NCBI GenBank assembly: GCA_013697785.1
Contig: JACCWE010000150.1
Span: 2,474-66,473, forward strand
DNA length: 64,000 nucleotides
Reading direction: 5' to 3'
Source: Gemmatimonadaceae bacterium
Lineage (GTDB): Bacteria > Gemmatimonadota > Gemmatimonadetes > Gemmatimonadales > Gemmatimonadaceae
Program-made: the position numbers and the translations under genes
Shown: piece by piece, positions 27,548 through 37,654 of the stretch
Layout: each line of letters opens with the position of its first letter
Position numbering within the stretch: position 1 is the stretch's first letter
Notes under the pieces: model-generated
Seen by the model: only the letters and a program-made list of their open reading frames with translations
Told to the model about the DNA's origin: nothing
Database searches by the model: none

Positions 27548-30331
27548 ATGATGCAGCTGCGGACGCTCGGACGACTCGAGCTGGTGTCCGGCGAGCCTAC
27601 GGCGCTGCACGTGCTGGCTGCGCAGCCCAAGCCGCTCGCGCTGCTCGCGTATCTCGCGCTGGCGACTCCACGCGGCCAGCACTCGCGCGACTCGCTCCTC
27701 GCGCTCTTCTGGCCGGAGCTCGGCGACGACGAGGCACGCCGCGCGCTGCGCCAGGCGCTGCACCGCATCCGGTATCACGTGGGCGACGCGCTCCTCAAGT
27801 CCGAGCGCGAAGGACAGATCGGCATCGCCGATGATGGAGCATGGTGCGACGCGATCTCGTTCGAGCAGGCGCTCGATGCGGGGCGGGATGCCGATGCGCT
27901 CACGCTCTACCACGGCGCCTTCCTCGATGCGGTCTTCGTGTCGGACGCATCGCCGGAGTTCGAGCAGTGGGCGGATCTCACGCGCGCGCGCCTGCGCGAC
28001 CGCGCCGCGAAGGCCGCGGCGAAGCTCGCCGAGGTCGCGAAGCTCGCCGGCGATCACGCGGGTGCGGTGCGATGGTCGGCGCAGGCGTGCCAGCTCGCGC
28101 CGGAGGACGAGTCGAAGCTGCGCGCTCACATGGCCGCGCTCGCGGCGAGTGGAGATCGCGCGGGAGCGCTGCGGGCATACAAGGGATTCGGCGAGCTGAT
28201 GGAGCACGAGTACGGCGCCGAGCCGGCGAAGGAGACTGCCGCGCTCGCGGAGTCGCTGCGCGCGGGGCCGGAGCCGGCGGCGGATGCGAGGCCGGTCCCC
28301 GGCCCCGATGTGCCGCGTGCTGCCGCATCTCCTGGATCGAGATGGTCGCGAAGACGTCGCTGGATCGCGGCTGCGGTTACGGCGACGGCGCCGGCGCTGC
28401 TCGTCGCCTTCGCCGTTCTGCATCACTCGCTTCCGACATCGGGTGTCGATCGCATCCTCGTCGCCGACTTTCAGAATCACACGCGCGACTCGCTCCTCGC
28501 CGGCGCGATCACCGAGGCGATGCGCGCCGATCTCTCGCAATCGCGGGAGACGCGAGTGATGAGCCGCGCGCAAGTACAGGCGGTGCTCGAGCACATGCGG
28601 CAGCCAACCGGCGAGATTACCTCGGAGCCGATGATTCGCGAGGTGGCGGAGCGCTACGGCGTGAAGGCGTTCGTCACCGGCGATGTGGCATCGCTCGGCG
28701 CGGGCTACACCGTGTCCGCGGAGCTCATCGCCGTGAAGAGCGGCGAGACGCTCGTGTCCGTTCGCGAGGATGCAGCCGATTCGAGCAAGCTGCTCGACGT
28801 CGTCGACAAGGTGTCGGATCGGCTGCGCCGGGGGATCGGCGAGTCGCTCTGGACGGTGCGCGCGAGCGCGCCGCTCGAGCAGGTGACGACGTCGTCGCTG
28901 CAGGCACTCCGGCTCTATTCGCAGGCGATTCGTATAGGCGATCAGGAGGGCGACACGCATCGTGCCGTCGAGCTTCTCCGGCAGGCCGTTGGCTTTGATA
29001 CGAATTTCGCCATGGCGTACCGCAAGCTCGGCATTTACCTGCTCAACATGGGAGCGCACGCCGCTTCGGACGATGCGCTCGCGCACGCATATCGAAACCG
29101 CGCGCGGCTGCCGGAGGTCGAGCGGTACAACACGGCCGGCTCCTATTTCTCGAGCATGTTCCTGTACGACAGCGCAATCACGACCTATCGATCCTTGCTC
29201 GCACTTTATCCAACGGACGTACGCGGTCTCGCGAACCTCGGCGCCGTGTACATGGACCTCCGCGAGTTCGCACGCGCGGAGTCTCTCTATCGCCGGGCGA
29301 TCGAATCCGACTCTACCATTGGTCTGCTGTACAATCACCTGGCGACTGCGCAGTTCAATCGCGGGGACTACGCCGAGTCCGAGCACACGCTCGACGTGCG
29401 AGCACTTCGCTTTCCGCGCCAGCAGGATGATCAGTTGATCGAAGTCGGCATCGACATGGAGCGCGGCAGCTACGATTCCGCAAAAGCGCTGACGAACAGG
29501 TTGCTGACGGATGCGGGCTCCGATCCCGCAACTCGGCTCGAGCCGCTCAAGATACTCGGTACGCTCGCGCTGGTACGCGGGCAGCTCGGCGAGTCCGACC
29601 GCGACTTCGAGAGCGTCGCGGCGCTACAGGCTGGCGAGGGAAGCGGTGGTGGATACCTCGAGGCGGCGGTGGCCCTCGCCTTCTGTGACATCTGGTATCG
29701 GCACGACAACGCGCGCGGGCTCGCGCTGCTCGACGCGGCCATCGCGCGCTACCCGCTCGCATCGCTGGAGCCGCTCGATCGCAACTACGCCACTCTCGCC
29801 TACATATATGCGCTCGGTGGCCGTCCCGCTCGCGCGCGCGAGCTCCTCGCCGACGTTCGTGCGAACGAACGTGTTCCCGGCTCGACGCGCGGCGGACTCG
29901 GGATCCGCGACGAGGGCACATATCTCCGCGCCCTCGGCGCGACGGAGCTGGCCGAGGGAAAGCCGGCGCAGGCGGTCGTCACGCTGCGTCAATCGGTGAA
30001 GTTGTACTTCTGCCCGACATGCACGCTCCCCGATCTCGCGCGCGCGCTCGAGCTCGCAGGGTACCCCGATTCGGCGATCGCCGTCTACCAGCAGTACGTG
30101 ACGACGCCGTGGTCCGAGTGGCAGAATGCACTCGGCGAGTTCAGCGTCACGTCGTACGAGCGACTGGCGGCGCTGCACGAAGCGCGAGGCGACACGGCAC
30201 AGGCGATCGCGAACTACGAAAAGGTCGCGGCACTATGGGAGCACGCGGATCCGGAGCTTCAGAAAAGTGTCTTGAATTCAAGAGATCGTTCGGGGGCTTT
30301 GCGTGCCGGGCATCGCGTCCCAGCTCGCTAG
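27548..30331 (+). CDS. BTAD/SARP-type winged-helix regulator fused to a TM segment, a TolB-N-like domain and TPR repeats
   Basis: The N-terminus LRTLGRLELV...QPKPLALLAYLAL...SRDSLLALFWPE is an OmpR/SARP wHTH, followed by a BTAD helical region. The TM segment is WIAAAVTATAPALLVAFAVL. A long TPR region follows. 927 aa. Confidence 0.8.
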   Translation: MMQLRTLGRLELVSGEPTALHVLAAQPKPLALLAYLALATPRGQHSRDSLLALFWPELGDDEARRALRQALHRIRYHVGDALLKSEREGQIGIADDGAWCDAISFEQALDAGRDADALTLYHGAFLDAVFVSDASPEFEQWADLTRARLRDRAAKAAAKLAEVAKLAGDHAGAVRWSAQACQLAPEDESKLRAHMAALAASGDRAGALRAYKGFGELMEHEYGAEPAKETAALAESLRAGPEPAADARPVPGPDVPRAAASPGSRWSRRRRWIAAAVTATAPALLVAFAVLHHSLPTSGVDRILVADFQNHTRDSLLAGAITEAMRADLSQSRETRVMSRAQVQAVLEHMRQPTGEITSEPMIREVAERYGVKAFVTGDVASLGAGYTVSAELIAVKSGETLVSVREDAADSSKLLDVVDKVSDRLRRGIGESLWTVRASAPLEQVTTSSLQALRLYSQAIRIGDQEGDTHRAVELLRQAVGFDTNFAMAYRKLGIYLLNMGAHAASDDALAHAYRNRARLPEVERYNTAGSYFSSMFLYDSAITTYRSLLALYPTDVRGLANLGAVYMDLREFARAESLYRRAIESDSTIGLLYNHLATAQFNRGDYAESEHTLDVRALRFPRQQDDQLIEVGIDMERGSYDSAKALTNRLLTDAGSDPATRLEPLKILGTLALVRGQLGESDRDFESVAALQAGEGSGGGYLEAAVALAFCDIWYRHDNARGLALLDAAIARYPLASLEPLDRNYATLAYIYALGGRPARARELLADVRANERVPGSTRGGLGIRDEGTYLRALGATELAEGKPAQAVVTLRQSVKLYFCPTCTLPDLARALELAGYPDSAIAVYQQYVTTPWSEWQNALGEFSVTSYERLAALHEARGDTAQAIANYEKVAALWEHADPELQKSVLNSRDRSGALRAGHRVPAR

Positions 30332-30352
30332 GACGATCGAGCTAACCGGCCT

Positions 30353-30673
30353 TCAGTGAAAGCGCAGCGTCGGCCCGGTGCTCTCTTCCGGCGCCGGCTC
30401 CGGACGTGGCGGCGGCGAAATCCAATTGATCGCCTGCAGAACGAGCCAGCTGAGACCGTCGATGAGGAGCACGAATCCGCCCATGACCAGAATCGTCACC
30501 ACGAAGGTCTTGTCGAAGCTGCGCTCGCTCTTCTGGAGCTCTGCGAGCGGCGCGTCGTGACTGAGGCTCCGATAGTGCTCGATGTTCGCCTTCGCTCCCG
30601 ACACCGCCAGCAGCGCGAAGAGAGAGCCGACGATTGTTATCGCAATGATGCGGGCGACCGCCTGGCGGCTCAT
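30353..30673 (-). CDS. Small membrane protein (2 TM), hypothetical
   Basis: 106 aa with two hydrophobic spans (IIAITIVGSLFALLAV and FVVTILVMGGFVLLIDGL). No family recognised. Confidence 0.5.
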   Translation of the reverse strand: MSRQAVARIIAITIVGSLFALLAVSGAKANIEHYRSLSHDAPLAELQKSERSFDKTFVVTILVMGGFVLLIDGLSWLVLQAINWISPPPRPEPAPEESTGPTLRFH

Positions 30674-30770
30674 GCCATCCCTTCATCGGCAAGACCGATC
30701 GTCATCCACCACCTTGGGAGAGTGAGACGCGAAACGCGGGCAGAATCTTATGCCCTCGCCTCCCTGTCGG

Positions 30771-31802
30771 CTAGCGCGATCCGCGGAGCGGCAGCCTGGG
30801 CTTCGCGGGCGTCGTTCCAGCCGCTCCCAGCTTGTCGACATCGCGCATCCAGACCTCGAGACCGCCATCGGCGAGCGTGTGCTCGTAGCCTGCGACCAGC
30901 TGCGCGTTGTACCTCGTGAGGTCGAAGCGAAAGACGTCGTTTGGATCGAGATCGACGATCTGCATTTCCGCGTCGAGCATGAGCAGCCTGCCGAATCTGA
31001 GCGTTCCGCCCTTGAAGTACATGTAGTTCGGAGCCTGCGCGTCGGGAGGCACGAGCGCGTGCTCTCGCGCGTGCGCCTGGCTCGCACCGAAGAGCTGCAC
31101 CACCTGATCGCCCTCGACGCGCACCGCAACGACTCGCCCTTCGATCGACGGTGGTGGAAGAATCTTCGCCGGGTCGAGAAAGATGTCGTTCTCGCGCACG
31201 GTCGCCCCCGTCGCTCCCTTCAGATCGAGCAGCTTCTCGAGCGAGAGGCCGAGCAGCTTCATCACCTTCTGGCCGTTCAGTCCCAGGAACTTCGTCTTCG
31301 TCGGATGGATCCGGATCAACCCACTCCGCGTGACGTCGAGTGAACCGGTGATCTCGAAGTTGACCGTGATCACCTTGTGCAGCCGCCCCGTCAGCACGAT
31401 GTGATCACCCTCCGTGCGCAGATGCTGATGCGTGAGCGGCGAGCCCTTGTAGCCGAATACGTAGTCGTTGAGCAGCACGCTCAGGTCGAGCCCGGTCAGC
31501 CCGACCTCGGCCGTGTCGATCGCGATCGTGAACGAGCGCTTGTCATCGAAGAGGATCGGACCGCCTTCCTTGCTTCGCATCGCACCGTCGAGCCGGCGGA
31601 TGTGCAGCACGATGTTCGTATCGACGTAGAAATCGACGTGGCGCATCGAGACACGCGTTCGCCCACTCGACGAATCGCGCATGGATGACCGCACCGGGGC
31701 TGCAACCGTCGGACCTCGTGACGGGACTGGTGCCAGGAGGCCCCAGATGCCGAGGCCGACGACGAGGAGACCAGGTACGCGCTGCTGTGCGGCGAAGGGC
31801 AT
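30771..31802 (-). CDS. Membrane-anchored hypothetical protein
   Basis: ATG 31802 gives MPFAAQQRVPGLLVVGLGIWGLLAP (N-terminal anchor), followed by a beta-rich domain. No family recognised. Confidence 0.55.
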   Translation of the reverse strand: MPFAAQQRVPGLLVVGLGIWGLLAPVPSRGPTVAAPVRSSMRDSSSGRTRVSMRHVDFYVDTNIVLHIRRLDGAMRSKEGGPILFDDKRSFTIAIDTAEVGLTGLDLSVLLNDYVFGYKGSPLTHQHLRTEGDHIVLTGRLHKVITVNFEITGSLDVTRSGLIRIHPTKTKFLGLNGQKVMKLLGLSLEKLLDLKGATGATVRENDIFLDPAKILPPPSIEGRVVAVRVEGDQVVQLFGASQAHAREHALVPPDAQAPNYMYFKGGTLRFGRLLMLDAEMQIVDLDPNDVFRFDLTRYNAQLVAGYEHTLADGGLEVWMRDVDKLGAAGTTPAKPRLPLRGSR

Positions 31803-31999
31803 ACCGGAAGTATCGCCTTCATCACACGTGGCCGTTGGGAATTCACGGAAAATTCTCACACTGCCGATGTGAGGGCACGGGCGCTCGAGCGCTGCGTCGC
31901 CCGAATTGCACGCATTCGCACGTTGTGCCATTGTGAGAGCCAACCTGGCTCCGGAGATTGTAGCCAGGGCTACTCGCGCTCGCTTCTCTCGCCATACGC

Positions 32000-33568
32000 A
32001 TGCAATTCCAGCCGGTCGTCTTCGCAGTCGTCGTCGCGGTGCTCGTCGTCTCGCTCACGGCGCTCGCACGCAGGCTGCCGATTCCAACGCCGATTCTTCA
32101 GATGCTCGCAGGCTTCGCCGTCGGGATGATCCCCGGCGTCACGGTCCCGGCGCTGGATCCGAATCTCGTCTTCTTCGTATTTCTACCGCCCATCCTCTGG
32201 TCGGCGGCGATGTTTACGTCGCTGCGTGAGTTCAAGCGGAACCTCGACAAGATCGGCACACTCGCCATCGGTCTCGTGATCGTGACGGCCGCGATCGTCG
32301 CGGTGGTCGCGCGGCACCTCTTCCCCGACATACCGTGGGCGGTCGCCGTCGCGCTCGGCGCGATCGTGTCGCCGCCCGATGCCGTGGCCGCCACCGCGAT
32401 CGTGTCCCGGCTTCCGGTGCCCCGCCGTGTGATTACTGTGCTCGAGGGTGAGAGCCTCGTCAACGACGCATCGGCGCTCGTGCTCTACCGCACCGCGGTT
32501 GCTGCCGCCGTCACCGGCATGTTCAGCTGGGGCGAGTCGATCGTGCGTTTTTTCATCGATGCGGGAATCGGCAGCCTCATCGGCCTGCTCGTCGCGTGGC
32601 TGATCGTGCGCGCGCTGCGGCTCACGAAGGATCCGCTCGCCGAGGCGCTGCTCACACTCGCGGGTCCATACGTCGCCTGGTCGGCCGCGGAGTCGTTGCA
32701 CGTATCGGCGGTGCTCGCGTGCGTCGCGGGCGGTGTCTATCTGCAGCAGAGTCTCTCGACGGCCGTCGGAGCGTCGTCGCGGCTTCAGTCGCGCGTGGTG
32801 TGGGAGCTCGTGGTCTTCCTCGTCAACGCGCTCATCTTCCTCCTCCTCGGCGCACAGTTCGGCAGCTTGATGGGGCAGGTGCCGCACGCGGAGGTGCGGA
32901 CCGTGTTCATCGACGGCGGGATCATCACGGCCGTCGCCATCGTGGTGCGCATTATCTGGGTTCCATTCGTAACGGTGCTCCCGCGACTGAGTGCCGAAGC
33001 GCGGCGGCGAACGCCGAAGCCGAACTGGAAGTCGCTCACACTCGTCTCGTGGACGAGCATGCGCGGCGTGGTGTCGCTCGCGACGGCGCTCGCGCTGCCG
33101 CTCACCATCGCGAGTGGAGAGCCCTTTCCACATCGCACCGAGATCATCCTCATCACGATGTGCGTGATCGTGTTGACGCTCCTCGTACAGGGACTATCGC
33201 TCTCGTCGATCGTGCGCGCGCTGCACTTCGTTCCGGAGGAGGCGCACCACGCCGAGGAGCGGCTGGCGCGACGCGAAGCGACGAGGCGGGGAGCGGAGGC
33301 GCTCGAGGATTTATCGCACGAACCGTGGGTCGACCAGCGCGACGTCGAAGCGCTGCGCACGGAGCTCGGGGAGCGACTGCGGACGAACGATCAGGAGGGC
33401 GGCAGCTTCGCGGGACGCCGGCGGCTTCGCATCGCGATGATCGGCGCGGAGAGGAGGATGCTGATCCGGCTCCGCGACGAGGACGCGATATCGGACGAGG
33501 TGCTGCGCTCGCTCGAGCAGGAGCTCGACCTCGAGTCCGTGCGCGCGGGCGGCGGCGACGTCGTTTAG
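32000..33568 (+). CDS. Na+/H+ antiporter (CPA1, NhaP-type)
   Basis: 522 aa. 10-12 TM segments, VSPPDAVAA and ESLVNDASALV motifs, and a C-terminal cytoplasmic tail. Confidence 0.9.
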   Translation: MQFQPVVFAVVVAVLVVSLTALARRLPIPTPILQMLAGFAVGMIPGVTVPALDPNLVFFVFLPPILWSAAMFTSLREFKRNLDKIGTLAIGLVIVTAAIVAVVARHLFPDIPWAVAVALGAIVSPPDAVAATAIVSRLPVPRRVITVLEGESLVNDASALVLYRTAVAAAVTGMFSWGESIVRFFIDAGIGSLIGLLVAWLIVRALRLTKDPLAEALLTLAGPYVAWSAAESLHVSAVLACVAGGVYLQQSLSTAVGASSRLQSRVVWELVVFLVNALIFLLLGAQFGSLMGQVPHAEVRTVFIDGGIITAVAIVVRIIWVPFVTVLPRLSAEARRRTPKPNWKSLTLVSWTSMRGVVSLATALALPLTIASGEPFPHRTEIILITMCVIVLTLLVQGLSLSSIVRALHFVPEEAHHAEERLARREATRRGAEALEDLSHEPWVDQRDVEALRTELGERLRTNDQEGGSFAGRRRLRIAMIGAERRMLIRLRDEDAISDEVLRSLEQELDLESVRAGGGDVV

Positions 33569-34605
33569 TTGTAGACTTTCGAAACCGGTTCGCTCTCGAG
33601 CGCAGCGGGCTTGCGCGTGGCGCCCTCGTCGAGCCGCTCGGTACGGCTCAGCCGCTCGACATCGATCGCGATGACGCCGTCCGGCCCGTTGGCGAAAATG
33701 CTCGCGAACTTCACATCCCACCGGACCTCATCCCACACGTATGACGATCGCGTCGACACGCGGGTGGAGAACGTCTCCTCGAGCGCGTTGACGAAGATCA
33801 GGAACTCCGCCTGCGAGTCGGCGAGGCTTTCGGGCGTGACGCCGGCGAGCGGGCTGTCGGCGGTGATGGGATGCACGACGGTCCAGTGCAGCGAGAAGAA
33901 CTCGACCGAGTTCCGCTCGAGAGCGAGCTGATGAAAGTTTCGTGCGCGCACGCCGTCGATGTTCTCGAAGCGCGCCATGCTGACGCGGGCCTGCACATCG
34001 CTCAGCTCGCCCGGCTGCGTGTTCACAATGCGGAACATTAGCCCGCGGCCGCCCTCGTATGGTGCGATGATCGCCGACTCGCTGAACGCGATGTTCATGC
34101 GAGGCCGAGTGAGCCGGGCTATCAGTAGTCCGAACGCGATGACGAGGGTGACGGGACCGAGAAACGACTCGAGATTGGCGAGCCAGTTCGCCGTCGTGCC
34201 GAAGGCGTGAATCGTCCCGGTGCCTGTCGTCGTGAAGATGCCGATGCTGTACGTGAAGGCCTGGAGAAAGGGATCGGTGAGTCCCATCACGTCGGTGCCC
34301 CGCAGCGCGCCGTTGCCGAGTGAGACGAAAGCGAGGGCGAAGATCCCATTCAGAAGGAGCAGCACCGCCATCATCGACGTGAAGAACATCGTCCAGGTCG
34401 CAGCCAGCGCGGCGAGGTAAAAACGTGCGAGGCGCTGCGCACCCAATCCGTACTTCTTGCTGTTCGGCTTGCCATCCCGATTGAGAAAGCGCCCCCGAAC
34501 GGCGTTGGCGACGACGGAGCCGAAGCCGAGGTCGGCGGGCTGCGTGGTTGGCGGCGGATCGTCGTCGAGCTGCTCGTTCGGCGCGGTCACGAAAAGCTCT
34601 GGCAT
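33565..34605 (-). CDS. Inward-rectifier-type (KirBac-like) channel with a non-canonical TTGTG filter
   Basis: Two TM segments plus a pore helix FTYSIGIFTTTGTGTIHAFG. The Kir C-terminal Ig-like domain is present (PRMNIAFSESAIIAPYEGGRGLMFRIVN...LHWTVVHPITADSPL). ATG 34605; the ORF extends to 34656. The stop overlaps the antiporter stop. Confidence 0.8.
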   Translation of the reverse strand: MPELFVTAPNEQLDDDPPPTTQPADLGFGSVVANAVRGRFLNRDGKPNSKKYGLGAQRLARFYLAALAATWTMFFTSMMAVLLLLNGIFALAFVSLGNGALRGTDVMGLTDPFLQAFTYSIGIFTTTGTGTIHAFGTTANWLANLESFLGPVTLVIAFGLLIARLTRPRMNIAFSESAIIAPYEGGRGLMFRIVNTQPGELSDVQARVSMARFENIDGVRARNFHQLALERNSVEFFSLHWTVVHPITADSPLAGVTPESLADSQAEFLIFVNALEETFSTRVSTRSSYVWDEVRWDVKFASIFANGPDGVIAIDVERLSRTERLDEGATRKPAALESEPVSKVYN

Positions 34606-34680
34606 GGCGTTGGCATGCGGTAAATGATCCGCCGCGCGGACGGATGATGCAAGCAACGCGAGCGCATTTGTGCGAAGGTG

Positions 34681-35169
34681 TCAGGCCTGCGGGCTGAACG
34701 CCGACTGCGCCGCGCTCATTCGAACGGACTCTATCAGAGTCCGCTGTTCCTCCGCCTGCTTCGTGAGGTGGGCGTAGTCGACGTTCCCGAGCGCGGGGAT
34801 CGCCGCACGGCTTGCGTCGAGCGCGGTCCACAACCCACGCTTTCCATGTACGCCGAGCGCGAGCATCTCGACCGCCTCGAGGAGATGCAGCGGTCCATGG
34901 GACGAGTCGTCGAGCCTGAGCTTGAGCTCGAGCCCCTTTTCGGAGAGCCATCCAAAGACTCGCCGGGGCATGCTCGACTCATCGTTCAATCCGGCGAGCA
35001 GTGCTTCGAGGACCTGGCGCTCGCTCTGGAACTGCGGGCGCAGCATGCGCGCCATCGCGCCCGCGGCGCCATTACCGTGCTCGCGCTCGATGTGATCGAG
35101 TACGGCCAACGCGCCATCGGAGCCGGCAAAGTGGTCCTTGAGATAGGTCGCAAGATTGTTGTTCGACAC
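34681..35169 (-). CDS. Conserved hypothetical protein (helical)
   Basis: GTG 35169 lies 8 nt after GAGGGAG and gives VSNNNLATYLKDHFAGSDGAL... (162 aa). The upstream part of the 369-aa ORF overlaps the CrtI-like gene out of frame. Confidence 0.6.
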   Translation of the reverse strand: MSNNNLATYLKDHFAGSDGALAVLDHIEREHGNGAAGAMARMLRPQFQSERQVLEALLAGLNDESSMPRRVFGWLSEKGLELKLRLDDSSHGPLHLLEAVEMLALGVHGKRGLWTALDASRAAIPALGNVDYAHLTKQAEEQRTLIESVRMSAAQSAFSPQA

Positions 35170-35207
35170 GATGCTGCTCCCTCGAATGGATGGCTGATGC
35201 TTTTCTC

Positions 35208-36659
35208 TTAGGCGTCTTTCGTGCCGCGGCTGCCTCGTAGCGCCGCGAGCGCGCTCGTCGCCGCGAACACCCCGCACATGCCGTGCACGCCGCCGCCCGG
35301 CGGAGTCGATGCGGAGCACAGGTAGAGCCCCTCCACGGACGTCGCGTACGGATTGGCGCGCAGCGCCGGTCGAAAGAGAAGTTGTCGCAGTGTGTTCGCG
35401 CCGGCGCCAATGTCTCCGCCAACGAGATTCGCGTTGCCGAGCGATAGCTCCGAGGCCCTGGTGACACGCCGCGCCATAATGCAGTCGCGAAAGCCGGGCG
35501 CAAAGCGCTCGATCTGACGCTCGATGCGATCGCTCACGTCGACATCGGATCCGTTCGGAACGTGGCAGTAGCCCCACAGCGTATGCTTGCCCGGCGGCGT
35601 GCGTGTCGGATCGAACACACTCGGCTGCGCGACGAGCACGAACGGCTTCTCCGCGTGCTCGCCGTTCCAGGGCGCCGCCTCCGATGCTACCAGCTCGCCG
35701 AGCGTGCCGCCGAGATGGAGTGTACCGGCAGCTGCGCACGCGGGATCGCGCCACGGCACCGGCTCGCCAAGTGCCCAGTCGACCTTGCACACGCCGGGGC
35801 CGTAGCGGTACTTCGCCAGCGCGCTCCGATAGCTGGCCGAGAATCGATCACCGGCGATGGCGATCGCCTGCCGCGGGGTGACGTCGAGCATGATCGTCTT
35901 TGCATCGGGAATGTCGCGAAGCGAGGAGACTGGCGAGTCGGTGACGATCTCGCCGCCCAGCGCGCGTAAGTACGAGGCGAGTGCGTTCGAGATGCTTTGT
36001 GATCCGCCGACGGGGATCGGCCATCCGGTGCGATGCGCGACCGCCGCGAGCACGAGGCCGATCGAGGAGGTCGCGGTGCGTGTGAGCGGCATGATCGTGT
36101 GCGTGCACAGCCCGGCGAAGAACCCGCGCGCGAGCTCTCCGTCGAAGCGACTTTTTGCGAGGGATTCGGCCGACCGTAGTGCGGAGAGACCGAAGCGGCC
36201 GGTCGTGATCGGATGACGTGGCGGATGCACGGGCGCGAGGGCGTCGTCGCGGATCTCCTCCCAATGCTCGGTGATCGGCCGGACGAGCGCGTCGTACGCG
36301 CGCGCGTCGACGCCGAGCGTCGCACTGGTTTCCTCGATGGAGCTCCGGAGAACGGCCGATGGGCCGTCGTCGAAGGGGTGCGCCATCGCGGTGGGGAGAT
36401 CGATCCAGCGGAGGCCGTGCTTCTGGAGTGGCAGTGACTTGAAGAACGGCATCGCGACGCCCATCGGATGCACTGCCGAGCAAACGTCATGCATGAACCC
36501 GGGCAGCGTCAGCTCGGCCGAGCGGGCTCCGCCGCCGATCGTCGGCTGCTGCTCGAGCACGAGCACGGAGAGGCCTGCCTGCGCGAGGACGATCGCGGCG
36601 GAGAGACCGTTGGGTCCGGAGCCGACAATGACGGCGTCGTAGCTGTGACGATGAGACAT
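35208..36659 (-). CDS. FAD-dependent oxidoreductase, phytoene desaturase (CrtI)-like family
   Basis: ATG 36659 gives MSHRHSYDAVIVGSGPNGLSAAIVLA (GxGxxG dinucleotide fold). The C-terminal GGGVHGMCG motif is typical of this family. Confidence 0.85.
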   Translation of the reverse strand: MSHRHSYDAVIVGSGPNGLSAAIVLAQAGLSVLVLEQQPTIGGGARSAELTLPGFMHDVCSAVHPMGVAMPFFKSLPLQKHGLRWIDLPTAMAHPFDDGPSAVLRSSIEETSATLGVDARAYDALVRPITEHWEEIRDDALAPVHPPRHPITTGRFGLSALRSAESLAKSRFDGELARGFFAGLCTHTIMPLTRTATSSIGLVLAAVAHRTGWPIPVGGSQSISNALASYLRALGGEIVTDSPVSSLRDIPDAKTIMLDVTPRQAIAIAGDRFSASYRSALAKYRYGPGVCKVDWALGEPVPWRDPACAAAGTLHLGGTLGELVASEAAPWNGEHAEKPFVLVAQPSVFDPTRTPPGKHTLWGYCHVPNGSDVDVSDRIERQIERFAPGFRDCIMARRVTRASELSLGNANLVGGDIGAGANTLRQLLFRPALRANPYATSVEGLYLCSASTPPGGGVHGMCGVFAATSALAALRGSRGTKDA

Positions 36660-36749
36660 GCGCGCGCTCGTCACGGGGTGGGGGGTGAGACGACGTCGAG
36701 GTGTTGGTTGACAGGGCAAAGGCTGGACCAGCGACAACGCCTTCCGTGC

Positions 36750-37577
36750 CTATGGGCGCGTCTCAATTCGCGTGAGTCCGCCAACGGCCATCGCGTCGCT
36801 CCGCGGCTCGCTCCGCTCGTCTCTCCACTTCCGGTATCTCATCAGCGCTATCGCGGCGCCGAGCGGAAGTGCGAAGGAGATGTGGTACGGACCGTATAGC
36901 TCGTATTTCAGATACCCCGCGCTCAGGAGCTTCACCATGACCGGCTTGATCGAGTACTCCCCCGTCGACCAGTTGAGTGAGAGAGACCCCAGTCCGAGCA
37001 TAGCGATCAGCACCCAGCGCCACCGCTTCGGCATCTCGCGGCGACTGGCAATGAAAACGGCGCTGCCGGCGGAGATGAGAAAGCAGACGATCGTCGCTAT
37101 CAGCCAAGCGTAGAGAAGCGGCGGGCGCCCGGCGAGCGGAAACCAGTCGATGCTTTTCAGCGACTGGGGCAGCGGCGTCACCTGAATTCCCTCCACGCGC
37201 CAGTCGCCGCCAGAGTCGATAGTCGCCACGAAGGCCTTGTACCAACCCCCGCCCCCGTGAAGCTCGTAGGTGAGGCGAACATGTTTGGTGCTCGCGAATT
37301 CGAGGAGCTCGGCTCCAATTACTTCGGTGGAATCGAAGTGCTGTCCACGCAGGATCTCCGTCATCTTCGCCAGCGCTTGCCTGACCTCTGGCGTTTGCGA
37401 TGCGGGGACGACGCGCGCCAGCGCAGCGTCGGTCTGCCTATGTGTGAACAGCTCGAGGTATTCCCTGTCACGCGCGTCCACGTCCGCGGGAGTGAGTTCG
37501 CGGATGACGTCGGCGCTGGAGCACGCAGCCCCGATTACGAGGAAGGCCGACGCGGCAATCGAAGGGACGAGGCGCAT
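36750..37577 (-). CDS. Hypothetical membrane lipoprotein
   Basis: ATG 37577 gives MRLVPSIAASAFLVIGAAC (lipobox). A soluble domain is followed by 3-4 TM segments. Confidence 0.55.
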   Translation of the reverse strand: MRLVPSIAASAFLVIGAACSSADVIRELTPADVDARDREYLELFTHRQTDAALARVVPASQTPEVRQALAKMTEILRGQHFDSTEVIGAELLEFASTKHVRLTYELHGGGGWYKAFVATIDSGGDWRVEGIQVTPLPQSLKSIDWFPLAGRPPLLYAWLIATIVCFLISAGSAVFIASRREMPKRWRWVLIAMLGLGSLSLNWSTGEYSIKPVMVKLLSAGYLKYELYGPYHISFALPLGAAIALMRYRKWRDERSEPRSDAMAVGGLTRIETRP

Positions 37578-37654
37578 GGGGCGAGAACATGTGCGCGTCG
37601 ACGAGTCGGCGCCAGACGACGAATTCGGACGCGAAAGCGGTGGCAATCGGGTGA

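Noticed and set aside
34681-35790. 369-aa ORF as one gene.
   Set aside because: Only the last 162 codons, from GTG 35169 with a good Shine-Dalgarno, look like a real protein. The rest overlaps the CrtI-like oxidoreductase gene out of frame.
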